A stretch of 62,407 nt of DNA, taken from Candidatus Daviesbacteria bacterium. Lineage in GTDB: Bacteria; Patescibacteriota; Microgenomatia; Daviesbacterales; UBA10151. A program made the position numbers and the translations under genes. Location: positions 1 to 62,407 of the forward strand of contig DOWS01000046.1 of the NCBI GenBank assembly GCA_003519445.1. The letters are read 5' to 3'. Each line of letters begins with the position of its first letter. Position 1 is the stretch's first letter. Positions 36,499 to 46,186 of the stretch are shown in pieces. The notes under the pieces are model-generated. The model was not told the origin of the DNA and did not search any database. It worked only from the letters and a program-made list of their open reading frames with translations.

Positions 36499-38044
36499 AA
36501 TAGCTTTAATAGTAATTATTTTATTGGCTGTATCTTTACGTTTTTTTAAGCTTAGCGAAGTTCCGCCGGCAATTTCCTGGGATGAGGCTGCTGTTGGATA
36601 TAATGCCTGGACTATTGCCAATTTCGGACAGGATGAATATGGCAATGGTTTTCCTTTGATGTTTAAATCCTTTGGTGAATATAAAAACCCGGTAGATATT
36701 TATGCAACAGCTCTTTCAGTAAAACTTTTCGGACTTTCGGAATTTAGCACAAGGCTTCCAGTGGCTTTATTTGGAGTTTTTAATGTAATACTTTTATTTT
36801 TTCTTACAAAAGCCTTGCTTAACAATAATTTGATAGCTCTCGCGGCAGCATTTTTTTTAAGTATTTCCCCCATGAATATCCATTTCTCGCATTTTAATCA
36901 TGAGGCTAATTTGGCTTTATTTTTCTTCATGCTGGGGTTTTATTTATTTATGTTGACTATTAAAGGGAAAAAGTTTTTACTATTTGCATTTATTTGTTTT
37001 ATCTTGAGTTTTTTTTCTTACAATGCGCCAAAAATGTTTATTCCGGTATTTATATTTTTTTTAATCGTTATCTATAGAAAAGAACTTTTAAAGCTTTCCG
37101 GGCAGCAGCTATTTTTTTCAATATGTTTGATAGTTTTTTTCTCGTTTATTTTATTCTTAAACCCTCATGCCCTGGGGATAGACAGGGCTGCTCAAACTAT
37201 TTCTTTTAAATTAAATAAAAATGAATTATTTGGGCAGATTAATTTGGTTGCAGCTCAATATTCGCTACATTTTCTTCCTGATTTTCTAATTATAAGAGGA
37301 GATAAAAATCCCCGCTTATCGGCTCAAGTAACAGGGGAATTTTACTATTTGGATATTGTTTTTCTTATTGCGGGTGTAATCTTTATTTTTAGAAAAAGAT
37401 CAAAGGAATTACTAATACTGTTTTTATGGGCATTTATTGCACCGCTACCGTCAAGCATTACTGCCGAGGCACCACATGCCGGACGGGCGATGTTTATGAT
37501 GGGAAGCTGGCAGATTATTTCTGCCATTGGATTTTACTCGGTAATTAGTTTATTCCGTAAAAAAGCCTTCAAATTGACTGTGATTATTATTTGTTTGGTG
37601 ATTTTTGGTTTTTCGTCTTTTAATTTTTTATCCTATTATTTTGGAGAGTACAACAAAAGATACGCAATAGAATGGCAATATGGTATGAAGCAAATCGTGG
37701 AGTTTGTCAAATTACACCCGGAGTACCATGTTGTTTATATGACAGATGTAAGGGATCAGCCGTACATATTCTTTCTTTATTATTTAAAAACCTTGCTACC
37801 GGATTATTTGCAAAGCGTCACTTATAATAAAGAAGAAAGCAAAAGTCATAATAATGTCTTCTTTTTTGACAAATATTTTTTTGGCGGGTGGAACAGTGTT
37901 GAAAGCATGCCGCAGCGGAATGTGTTGTATGTTTTTACACCCAGCCAATATGATGGGTTAAGATATAAGCTGCAGTTTGATATCAAAGAGATAATCTATT
38001 ATCCTAATGAAACAGTAGCTTTTTACTTGGTAAGCATAAAATGA
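36482..38044 (+). CDS. GT-C glycosyltransferase (PMT_2-like, 'DE..GYNA' paralog group)
   Basis: ISWDEAAVGYNA...GQDEYG...GEYKNP...FGLSEFSTRLP, GDKNPR, PHAGR, WQYGMKQ. Start 36476 or 36482. Confidence 0.85.
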   Translation: MNTQNKIALIVIILLAVSLRFFKLSEVPPAISWDEAAVGYNAWTIANFGQDEYGNGFPLMFKSFGEYKNPVDIYATALSVKLFGLSEFSTRLPVALFGVFNVILLFFLTKALLNNNLIALAAAFFLSISPMNIHFSHFNHEANLALFFFMLGFYLFMLTIKGKKFLLFAFICFILSFFSYNAPKMFIPVFIFFLIVIYRKELLKLSGQQLFFSICLIVFFSFILFLNPHALGIDRAAQTISFKLNKNELFGQINLVAAQYSLHFLPDFLIIRGDKNPRLSAQVTGEFYYLDIVFLIAGVIFIFRKRSKELLILFLWAFIAPLPSSITAEAPHAGRAMFMMGSWQIISAIGFYSVISLFRKKAFKLTVIIICLVIFGFSSFNFLSYYFGEYNKRYAIEWQYGMKQIVEFVKLHPEYHVVYMTDVRDQPYIFFLYYLKTLLPDYLQSVTYNKEESKSHNNVFFFDKYFFGGWNSVESMPQRNVLYVFTPSQYDGLRYKLQFDIKEIIYYPNETVAFYLVSIK

Positions 38045-38805
38045 CTAAAATTTCCGTAGTTTTGGCAGTATTTAATGAAGAGGAGAATTTAAGGCAATGC
38101 CTTGATTCTATCAGGGATTTAGCATGGGAAATAGTAATAGTAGACGGGGGATCAACAGATAAGACTTTGGAAATTGCCAGAGATTTTGGGGCCAGGTTAC
38201 TTAAAACAGATAACCCTCCTATTTTTCATATCAACAAAAACAAAGCAATAGACGCAGCAGTAGGTGATTGGATACTACAGCTTGATGCGGATGAAGTAGT
38301 GACCGGAGAATTGAAAAAAGAGATAATGGAAGTTACAAAACAAAAAAGCGATTTTAATGGATTTTGGATTCCCAGGAAAAATTTTTTCCTGGGAAGATTT
38401 CTTAAAAAGGGGGGGCAGTATCCTGATTATACGGTGAGACTTTATAAAAAGGGTAAAGGCAGGCTGCCCGCAAAAGATGTTCATGAACAAGCAGTTGTAG
38501 AAGGCAAGATGGGGTATCTAAAGGCTGATTTATTGCACTTTAGAGACAAAACATTTGCAAAATATTTGGAGGGATTTAACAGGTATACTGATATAATGGT
38601 GATGCAGATTGAACACAAAGACCTTAAAAATAATTTTTTTGCAATTTTGAATTTTCTTTTTCTAAAACCATTTTTTTGGTTTATTAAAGCCTATTTCCGT
38701 CATTTGGGTTTTATGGACGGTTTTCCCGGTTTTATTTTTGCCCTTTTTTCATCCTTGCGGTTTCCTGTATCATATATAAAATACCGCATTAATTACACAA
38801 GATGA
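38041..38805 (+). CDS. GT2 glycosyltransferase (WaaE/KdtX-like)
   Basis: VFNEE, DGGSTD, LDADE, YPDY.VRL, VHE, GFMDG.PG. Confidence 0.88.
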   Translation: MTKISVVLAVFNEEENLRQCLDSIRDLAWEIVIVDGGSTDKTLEIARDFGARLLKTDNPPIFHINKNKAIDAAVGDWILQLDADEVVTGELKKEIMEVTKQKSDFNGFWIPRKNFFLGRFLKKGGQYPDYTVRLYKKGKGRLPAKDVHEQAVVEGKMGYLKADLLHFRDKTFAKYLEGFNRYTDIMVMQIEHKDLKNNFFAILNFLFLKPFFWFIKAYFRHLGFMDGFPGFIFALFSSLRFPVSYIKYRINYTR

Positions 38806-39872
38806 AAATAGCATTTAATCCCACTCCTCTGAAATCAGCCCACAAAGAAAGGGGTATTGGTTATTATACCAAGAATTTACTGGATAATTTAAAGAAAGAT
38901 CCGGATTTGGAAATTATTGAATTTACTAATCCTGCGGATATCAAAAAAGATGTTGATTGCGCGCATTTTCCCTGGTTTGATCTTTATTTTCATACCTTAC
39001 CTCTTAATACTCATTGTCCCGTTGTTGTAACCATTCATGATGTGATCCCGCTTATTTTTAAAGAGCATTATCCTGTGGGATTACGGGGAAAAATTAATTT
39101 TATTCTTCAAAAATTAGCACTAAACCGTTGCAAGAGAATTATAACTGACTCTTTCGTATCTAAGGCTGATATTGTTAAATATTTGAAAATAGATGAAAGC
39201 AAAATAGTTGTTATTCCCTTGGCCTCCGACTCAATTTTTAGAGTATTAAATGAGTCGAAATTATTACTGGTAAAAAGAAAATATAATTTGCCGGACCGGT
39301 TTTTATTATATGTTGGTGATGCCAACTTTGTGAAAAATTTGCCGTTTCTGATAGATTGTTTTAATGATTTAGTAAAATTGCCGGATTTTGTTGATTTAAA
39401 ATTAATTTTGGCTGGGGGGGTATTTTTAAAAAATGTAGAAAATATTGACCACCCGGAACTTATAAGTTTAAAAAAAGTTTTAAGAATGATTAAGGATTAT
39501 GGTTTGGAGGGCAAAGTTCTAAGGTCGGGAAGATTGGATTTGGAGGATCTGGTAGCTTATTATAATTTGGCAGCTTTGTATATCCAGCCATCTTTATATG
39601 AAGGGTTTGGTTTGCCTGTACTTCAGGCGTTTACCTGCGGTACTCCGGTTTTATCCTCTAATAAAGGCGCTCTTCCTGAAGTTGGCGGTAATGCCGCCTT
39701 GTATTTTGATCCTGGAAATAAAACACAATTTAATTCTCTTGTTGTAGAAGCTTTGCAAAATAAGTCATTGCGCAGTAAATTATCAAGGCTAGGATTTATA
39801 CAAGCCGCAAAATTTTCCTGGGAAAAAACAGCGCAGGAGACAAAATTAGTCTATGCAAAAATTAAATCCTGA
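38802..39872 (+). CDS. GT4 glycosyltransferase (MtfB/WbaZ-like mannosyltransferase group)
   Basis: RGIGYY, TIHDVIP, KNL, PSLYEGFGLPVLQA, FSW. Confidence 0.9.
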   Translation: MKIAFNPTPLKSAHKERGIGYYTKNLLDNLKKDPDLEIIEFTNPADIKKDVDCAHFPWFDLYFHTLPLNTHCPVVVTIHDVIPLIFKEHYPVGLRGKINFILQKLALNRCKRIITDSFVSKADIVKYLKIDESKIVVIPLASDSIFRVLNESKLLLVKRKYNLPDRFLLYVGDANFVKNLPFLIDCFNDLVKLPDFVDLKLILAGGVFLKNVENIDHPELISLKKVLRMIKDYGLEGKVLRSGRLDLEDLVAYYNLAALYIQPSLYEGFGLPVLQAFTCGTPVLSSNKGALPEVGGNAALYFDPGNKTQFNSLVVEALQNKSLRSKLSRLGFIQAAKFSWEKTAQETKLVYAKIKS

Positions 39873-41007
39873 CACCCTGCGTATTATATTGATGTTTTTG
39901 CTGTGGCAAGTAGCGCTTGTAATTGTACTTATTTTTGCTATAAATTTTATTCCACTCCAATACAAAGATAGATTTTTGGGGGGTGGATATATTAATCATC
40001 AACTGGCACCCGAACTTTTCTCGTGGGCTAATTTTGACGGCGAACACTATTTGGCTATTGCTATTTTTGGGTATAAGGAAAGAGAACAGGCATTTTTTCC
40101 CGTTTATCCGGGAATGATATCTTTTTTGGCTAAACCTTTTTCTCCGGATCTGCTTTCGTTTCTTGTCAATTCGACAATTGCAGGTTTAGTGATTTCCAAT
40201 TTATCTTTTCTTCTTGCGTTAATGATTCTGTGGAATTTAATAACAATTGACTATTCAAAAAAAATAGCTCTTTTTACTCTCGCAGCTATTCTTTTGTTTC
40301 CAACTTCTTTTTATTTCGGCGCAGTTTACAGCGAATCCTTGTTTCTGCTGCTATCTGTTAGTTCATTTTATCTGGCAAGAAAAAGGCATTGGTTTAGCGC
40401 GTCATTTTTGGGAGCTGTTGCCTCTGCCACCAGAGTATTTGGGGTGTTGCTTCTGGTAGCATTATTAATAGAGGCTTGGGAGCAAAAGGCAAAGCTTTCA
40501 AAATCGTTTTGGATTTTTCTGATTCCCTCGGGCCTTTTAATTTATATGTTTTATCAATATTTTACCGTAGGGGATCCGTTAGCCTTTTACAATTTGCAAG
40601 GTCAGGTAGGTGAACAACACCAATCAGGACTGGTTTTATTGCCTCAAGTATTTTTCCGTTATGCTAAGATGCTACTGACTGTAGACTCGGGTCAACTGAT
40701 CTATAAAACAGTTATTTTGGAATTTTTGGTAGGTTTAATATTTTTCTTATTGCCGATTTACGGATACTTTAAAAAGATGAGACTGTCTTATTTAACATAT
40801 GCTATGCTGGGATTTTTATTACCCTCATTAACAGGCAGTTTTTCTTCGGTGCCAAGGTATGTAACTGTCCTTTTTCCCTCTTTTTTGATTATGGCAGTAA
40901 TCATAAATAAATTACCGAATTTATTGAGGATTATTATTTTAAGTTTTTCCGCGCTGGTTCTTATGGTGGAGACAGCTTTATTTCTAAGGGGGTATTGGGT
41001 AGCATGA
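39853..41007 (+). CDS. GT-C glycosyltransferase, PIG-V/GT76 (Mannosyl_trans2)-like
   Basis: WANFDGEHY..IA..GY....AFFP.YP, FPTSFYF.AVYSESLFL, TR..G, S.PRY...FP. Confidence 0.8.
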   Translation: MQKLNPDTLRIILMFLLWQVALVIVLIFAINFIPLQYKDRFLGGGYINHQLAPELFSWANFDGEHYLAIAIFGYKEREQAFFPVYPGMISFLAKPFSPDLLSFLVNSTIAGLVISNLSFLLALMILWNLITIDYSKKIALFTLAAILLFPTSFYFGAVYSESLFLLLSVSSFYLARKRHWFSASFLGAVASATRVFGVLLLVALLIEAWEQKAKLSKSFWIFLIPSGLLIYMFYQYFTVGDPLAFYNLQGQVGEQHQSGLVLLPQVFFRYAKMLLTVDSGQLIYKTVILEFLVGLIFFLLPIYGYFKKMRLSYLTYAMLGFLLPSLTGSFSSVPRYVTVLFPSFLIMAVIINKLPNLLRIIILSFSALVLMVETALFLRGYWVA

Positions 41008-42275
41008 AAAAAATTTCTAATTTAATTAACAATCCTTTGTTTACAGGTAGTATGGTAATGATAATAGGAAGTAATTTGGTCAATTTTTTAAATTACTTAT
41101 ATCATCTGATTATAGGAAGAATGCTTGGCCCGTCGGATTATGGTGAGTTAGCAGCCATTATATCTTTGATAGGTTTACTAGGAATTATTCCGGCGCCACT
41201 TGGCACATCGATTATAAAGTATATCTCATCAGCAAAAAACAATACGGAGAGTGCTAATATGATAAGTTGGCTTAAGATAAAATATTTTCAGGGATCCTTT
41301 ATATTCTTTGTGATTGTTCTTGTGATATCGCCTGTTATATCCTCATTTTTAAAAATTCATAACATTTCTTATTTTATTTTGATTGCTGTATCGTTCTTAT
41401 TTAGCCTACAATCAGGGTTAAATCGATCAATATTGCAAGGATTACTAAGGTTTAAAGAAATGGTTATAACTGTATTGGCAGAAAATAGCACAAAATTGAT
41501 CTTAAGTATAGGTTTTGTTTATCTCGGATTCAAAGTGGGTGGCGCAATTTTTGCTTTGGTTGTTGCAGCATTATTAGGTTGGTATGTAACAAAGCAATAC
41601 TTAAGGTATTCTAAAACCAGAAAGCCAAATTTTACACCGGATATAAAATCCATGCTAATGTTTACCATACCGGTATTTATCCAAAATTTTGCAACCACAT
41701 CTCTTTATTCTTCAGATGTAATATTAGTTAAACATTTTTTTTCCTCTCATGATGCCGGGATTTATGCAGCTCTCTCCACTTTAGGAAAAATTATTTTTTT
41801 CGCCGCAGGTCCCATTGGTGCTGTGATGTTTCCTTTGGTTTCAAAACGGAGCGCTAAAGGAGAAAATTATAAAAGAGTATTTAAGTTTAGTTTCGTAGCA
41901 ACGGTGTTTTTGTCCGGAGCGATTCTTTCAGTTTATCTCCTGTTTCCTTCCCTGGCAATTCAACTTCTTTACGGATCGCTTTTTCTTGAGGCTTCCAGCC
42001 TTTTGCTTTGGTTTGGAATCTTTATAACTTTTTTTACACTAGCATCTCTAATTATCAACTATACTCTTTCTCTGGGTAGAACTAGAGTTGTAATTTTTCC
42101 TGCAATTGCTGCAGTATTTCAAATTGTACTAATTTGGTTTTTCCATGACAGCTTATTTTCAATCATACTAATCTCTATTTTAGTTAACGCTTTACTACTT
42201 GTTGCTTTGCTAATATACTCTATCTATTCTAACAATGGACATAAAGCTAATTTCAGTCATAGTGCCGGCATATAA
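41004..42275 (+). CDS. MOP-superfamily flippase
   Basis: NYLYH..GRMLGPSDYG, LQG, DVILVKHFF....AG.YAA....GK, MFP. ATG 41004 overlaps the preceding TGA. Confidence 0.85.
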   Translation: MKKISNLINNPLFTGSMVMIIGSNLVNFLNYLYHLIIGRMLGPSDYGELAAIISLIGLLGIIPAPLGTSIIKYISSAKNNTESANMISWLKIKYFQGSFIFFVIVLVISPVISSFLKIHNISYFILIAVSFLFSLQSGLNRSILQGLLRFKEMVITVLAENSTKLILSIGFVYLGFKVGGAIFALVVAALLGWYVTKQYLRYSKTRKPNFTPDIKSMLMFTIPVFIQNFATTSLYSSDVILVKHFFSSHDAGIYAALSTLGKIIFFAAGPIGAVMFPLVSKRSAKGENYKRVFKFSFVATVFLSGAILSVYLLFPSLAIQLLYGSLFLEASSLLLWFGIFITFFTLASLIINYTLSLGRTRVVIFPAIAAVFQIVLIWFFHDSLFSIILISILVNALLLVALLIYSIYSNNGHKANFSHSAGI

Positions 42276-43041
42276 GCAGGAAAAAACTATAGTCCGGGAT
42301 TTACAAAGAATAAAAGAAGTTCTGGATAAATTACGCTACCCCAGTGAACTTATTTTAGTGGTAGACGGTAAGGTTGATAAAACTTTTAAACAAGCTTTGA
42401 AGTTTGCAGAAAGAAACCGCAATGTCAAAGTAATTGGTTATGATCATAATAAGGGTAAAGGTTATGCTATCCGTTTTGGAATGGCTGAAAGCAAAGGAGA
42501 GTTAATTGGTTTTATTGATGCGGGGATGGATCTTAATCCGCAAGGCATCCTGCTGTTATTGGAGCAATTTGAGTTTCATAATGCTGATATAATAGTTGGT
42601 TCAAAGAGACACCCCCTTTCTAAAGTTTTTTATCCTTGGCAGAGAAAAATCCTTTCATTTGGTTATCAGATGCTGGTTTGGTTACTTTTCGGATTAAAGG
42701 TAAAAGATACTCAAGTGGGAATGAAATTTTTTAAAAGAGAAGTATTGGAAAAAGTGCTTCCGAGGCTTTTAGTAAAGCGGTTTGCTTTTGATGTTGAAAT
42801 ACTGGCTGTTGCCAGTTCTTTAGGTTATAAAAGAATATATGAAGCGCCGGTTGGTATCAAACTCCGTTTTGGAGGAGCGTCTACTATTACCAGCCAAAAA
42901 TTTTTAAGAACAGTTTTTGCAATGCTTTTGGATACGCTGGCAATTTTTTACAGGCTAAAAATACTGGGATATTATTCAGATAAAAACAAAAGAAAATGGA
43001 GATTTGATCCCGAGTTGAATTTTAAGGTAAATATAGGATGA
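42235..43041 (+). CDS. GT2, polyprenyl-phosphate sugar synthase-like (DPG/DPM synthase group)
   Basis: NKGKGYA, FIDAGMD, GSKRH, DTQVGMK, FAFDVE. Confidence 0.82.
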   Translation: MDIKLISVIVPAYKQEKTIVRDLQRIKEVLDKLRYPSELILVVDGKVDKTFKQALKFAERNRNVKVIGYDHNKGKGYAIRFGMAESKGELIGFIDAGMDLNPQGILLLLEQFEFHNADIIVGSKRHPLSKVFYPWQRKILSFGYQMLVWLLFGLKVKDTQVGMKFFKREVLEKVLPRLLVKRFAFDVEILAVASSLGYKRIYEAPVGIKLRFGGASTITSQKFLRTVFAMLLDTLAIFYRLKILGYYSDKNKRKWRFDPELNFKVNIG

Positions 43042-45056
43042 AATTTCTTCTTTTTGGATTCGCTTTTCTTCTGCTGGTGCCTTTTGCAAAAATTGCCTCG
43101 GCTCAATTTGTTAATGTTGTTAATCCTGTCAGAATCTCTTCTTATACCAAGGATCCAAAAAAAGCTCTTTTAGCGCAGTATAAACAAGTTAATATAAGAA
43201 ATCTGCCGGCCACCTGGCTTTTGACCTATGATGTTTTGGTAAATCCCGATACTCGGCCTGATATTTTGGGGTTTGATAATTTGCAGGAAACCGGAGTTTT
43301 TCTGGAAGTCACTCCGAAATTTGCCGGTGCGGCAGGGGTTTTGTATAGCAAGACAGACTCGTGGCATAGGGCAAATGCGGTTTTTCTATCGGGATATGTC
43401 CAGGAAGACAGGATAAAATTGATAGATACAATTTTTGAAGAATTCAAAAAAGCCTTTGGGTTTTATCCGGCATCAGTCGGAGCCTGGTGGGTTGATAGTT
43501 TCTCCCTTGATTATATGAAGAAAAAGTATGACATATTGGCCAATTTAACAGTTGCCGATCAATTTTCCACCGACGGTTACAAACTTTGGGGGCAGTTTTG
43601 GTCTGTGCCTTTTTACCCCAATAAATATCATGCGGGAGTGCCTGCAAGGACAGTTGAAAATAAGTTGGATTTGGTTACTATCCAGTGGGCGTCAAGAGAT
43701 CCTTTAAACGGTTATGGCAGGGCAGGGGAGAGTACCTTTAGTACGCAGGATTATTTTACCAGAAATTTGTCAGATGATTATTTTGAAAAACTGGTTGATT
43801 TATATACAAAGCAAGACGGAAATATGTTTGGACAGGTCACTATTGGATTGGAAGGTGATTTTACGCCGGAAGTCTATGGCGGCAACTACAGTAGACAACT
43901 TGATATTATCAAGGAAAAGCAGGATGCAGGGCAAATTAGGGTTTTGACAATGAAGGATTTTAGTAATAAATACAGAAACATGTTTCCAAAGCTTTCTCCT
44001 GTACAGATTGTTCAAACAGACGACCTGTTAGGGAAAAATATGAAAACTTTTTGGTTTCAGTCGCTTGCCTACAGAATTAACATAACTTATGACTATGAAT
44101 TGAATAAGACTTATGTTAATGATTTTAGGAGCTATCACTCTGATTTTGAAGAACCCTATTATTTTTCCCCAAATAGGGATCTGAATTTGCATATTAATAT
44201 TCCCCCGATAATTGATTCTGCCGGTAATCCCGAGGAGAAATGGTTAATAACCGATACGAAACTTAAGTCCGCCGACATAAAAGACCATAAGCTTTTCCTG
44301 AATTTTGAAAAAGTACAAATACTGTTGGAGGAGGAAAAAATTACTATTCTTGGTAAGATTAATTCTTTGCCGGAAAGTTTAATCCGTTCTCCTTACCTGC
44401 AAGTAGCAAAAAAAGGAGAAAAAATAGAGCTTCAGCCAAAAATAAAATGGCCGTACCCTAAAGATGGTTTTAAGTTTAGAGAGTTAACTCAAGAAGCAAC
44501 ATTTTTCTTAAAACAAAGAAAAGTTATTTTATCGATAACACTAATAATTTTAGGCTTAATTTTGACTTCTACAGTGATTAAAAAAAGCAAACTCCCTTTA
44601 GGATTTAAAGTTTTATTTTTTTTATTTTGGGTGATTTTTTTTGGAGGGATGTATATTAAATTATATTTGCCAAATACAAGAGAATATTTTGTTAATCAGG
44701 GAGAACTGGATGCCCTGATCCGTCTTAAGTTGATGGATGGGAAAAGGATTGTGGTAATGGATAGAGTTTGCCTCCAATGCTCCTGGCATACTAAAGATAT
44801 GCCGGCAATTTTTGCCAATAAACGGGATTATGTGAAAAAGATAACCGGAAAAGAAATAGTTTATAATCTAGATGTGTTTAATGCCAAAACAAGAGAAGAG
44901 GGGAGAAATAATCTGAAGAAACTAAACGCCGATTATATTTATGTGGTGCGGTTTGAGGATTATGCGGAAAAGATACCCTTTTCTCCGGGTGATTTGAACA
45001 TAGAAGAAGTTTACTCAAATGCCAATGCGGAGATTTGGAGGATAAAGAAAAATTGA
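43038..45056 (+). CDS. Exported hydrolase/deacetylase-like barrel + 2 TM + C-terminal domain; paralog of the N-terminus of 15724-19137 without the GT-C core
   Basis: VNPVR, LPATWLL, FLEVTP, WH.A..FLSGY...DR.KLID, YPASVGAWWVDS, DQFSTD.Y..WGQ, QWA.RDP.N.YG; C-terminal ELDAL..LK...YIYV...YSN....IW. Confidence 0.65.
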   Translation: MKFLLFGFAFLLLVPFAKIASAQFVNVVNPVRISSYTKDPKKALLAQYKQVNIRNLPATWLLTYDVLVNPDTRPDILGFDNLQETGVFLEVTPKFAGAAGVLYSKTDSWHRANAVFLSGYVQEDRIKLIDTIFEEFKKAFGFYPASVGAWWVDSFSLDYMKKKYDILANLTVADQFSTDGYKLWGQFWSVPFYPNKYHAGVPARTVENKLDLVTIQWASRDPLNGYGRAGESTFSTQDYFTRNLSDDYFEKLVDLYTKQDGNMFGQVTIGLEGDFTPEVYGGNYSRQLDIIKEKQDAGQIRVLTMKDFSNKYRNMFPKLSPVQIVQTDDLLGKNMKTFWFQSLAYRINITYDYELNKTYVNDFRSYHSDFEEPYYFSPNRDLNLHINIPPIIDSAGNPEEKWLITDTKLKSADIKDHKLFLNFEKVQILLEEEKITILGKINSLPESLIRSPYLQVAKKGEKIELQPKIKWPYPKDGFKFRELTQEATFFLKQRKVILSITLIILGLILTSTVIKKSKLPLGFKVLFFLFWVIFFGGMYIKLYLPNTREYFVNQGELDALIRLKLMDGKRIVVMDRVCLQCSWHTKDMPAIFANKRDYVKKITGKEIVYNLDVFNAKTREEGRNNLKKLNADYIYVVRFEDYAEKIPFSPGDLNIEEVYSNANAEIWRIKKN

Positions 45057-46162
45057 AGATCTTAATACTATCTTGGAGAGGCCCAAAACATCCCAATGCG
45101 GGCGGTGCAGAAACTTCAACTCACGAACATGCCAAAGGTTGGGTTAGGGCCGGACATTCAGTAACACTTTTTACCTCTGATTACAAAGGAGCAAAGAAAC
45201 AGGAGGCTATAGACGGAGTTAGCATTATAAGATCCGGTTCCCAGGTACTTGGGGTTCAAATTGCGGTGCTAAAATGGTATCTTTTTGCAGCCCATCCTAA
45301 ATTTGATTTGGTAATAGATCAATTTCACGGCATCCCCTTTTTTACACCCTTTTTTGTGAGGGTTAAAAAAATGGCCTTTATCCATGAGGTCACAAAGGAA
45401 ATATGGAAATTTAATCCCTGGCCAAAACCCTGGTATTTTATTCCTGCCCTGCTCGGAAGTTTGCTGGAGCCTTTGATATTTAGGTTTCTTTATCAAAACA
45501 TTCCCTTTATGACGGTTTCAGAATCTACAAAAAAAGATCTAATTTCCTGGGGGATAAGTGATGGGAATATTACTGTAATACACAATGGGATAACAATTCC
45601 AAAACTAAAAATTCCGGAAAAAGAAAACAAAAAAACTTTAATTTATTTGGGAAGTTTAAGTAAAGATAAAGGAATAGAAGATGCTTTAAAAGTTTTTTCT
45701 TTGTTAAAAAATAAAGACTTCAGGTTTTGGGTAGCGGGAAAATCAGATCCGGGATATTTAAAATTCTTAAAGACAAAGAGTCAAAAATTGGACATTGGCA
45801 AAAGAGTAAAATTTTTTGGTTTTGTTTCGGAGATTAGAAAATTTGAATTGTTAGCAAAAGCGCATCTTTTAATTAACCCTTCTGTCCGGGAAGGATGGGG
45901 GCTGGTGGTAATTGAAGCGGCCAGAATGGGTACTCCATCTGTTGCTTATAATGTAGCTGGATTAAAAGATTCAGTGATAAACAATAAAACCGGCATTCTT
46001 TGTAATAATATGACACATGCAAATTTGGTAGAGGAAATTTTAAAGCTGCTTGAAGATGAAGAAAAACTACAAGAGATGAGTAAACAGGCAATTGCCTGGA
46101 GTAAAAAATTTAGATGGCATGAATCCGTAGCAAAAAGCCTTAAGTTGATTGACAAAGTGTAG
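45053..46162 (+). CDS. GT4 glycosyltransferase
   Basis: HPNAGGAE, TVSEST, DKG, PSVREGWGLVVIEA. TTG 45053 overlaps the previous TGA and follows GGAGGA; the ORF track starts at 45035. Confidence 0.88.
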   Translation: MKILILSWRGPKHPNAGGAETSTHEHAKGWVRAGHSVTLFTSDYKGAKKQEAIDGVSIIRSGSQVLGVQIAVLKWYLFAAHPKFDLVIDQFHGIPFFTPFFVRVKKMAFIHEVTKEIWKFNPWPKPWYFIPALLGSLLEPLIFRFLYQNIPFMTVSESTKKDLISWGISDGNITVIHNGITIPKLKIPEKENKKTLIYLGSLSKDKGIEDALKVFSLLKNKDFRFWVAGKSDPGYLKFLKTKSQKLDIGKRVKFFGFVSEIRKFELLAKAHLLINPSVREGWGLVVIEAARMGTPSVAYNVAGLKDSVINNKTGILCNNMTHANLVEEILKLLEDEEKLQEMSKQAIAWSKKFRWHESVAKSLKLIDKV

Positions 46163-46178
46163 ATATCTCTGCTATAAA
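46149..46178 (+). promoter_or_regulatory. Sigma70-type promoter
   Basis: TTGACA-N18-(TGc)TATAAA, 8 nt before ATG 46187. Confidence 0.6.
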
Positions 46179-46186
46179 ATTACTTT

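Noticed and set aside
9452..46162. Conventional LPS/O-antigen cluster
   Set aside because: No lipid A/Kdo, WaaL, Wzz or recognisable Wzy genes. WaaE-like GT2 similarity reflects family membership only.
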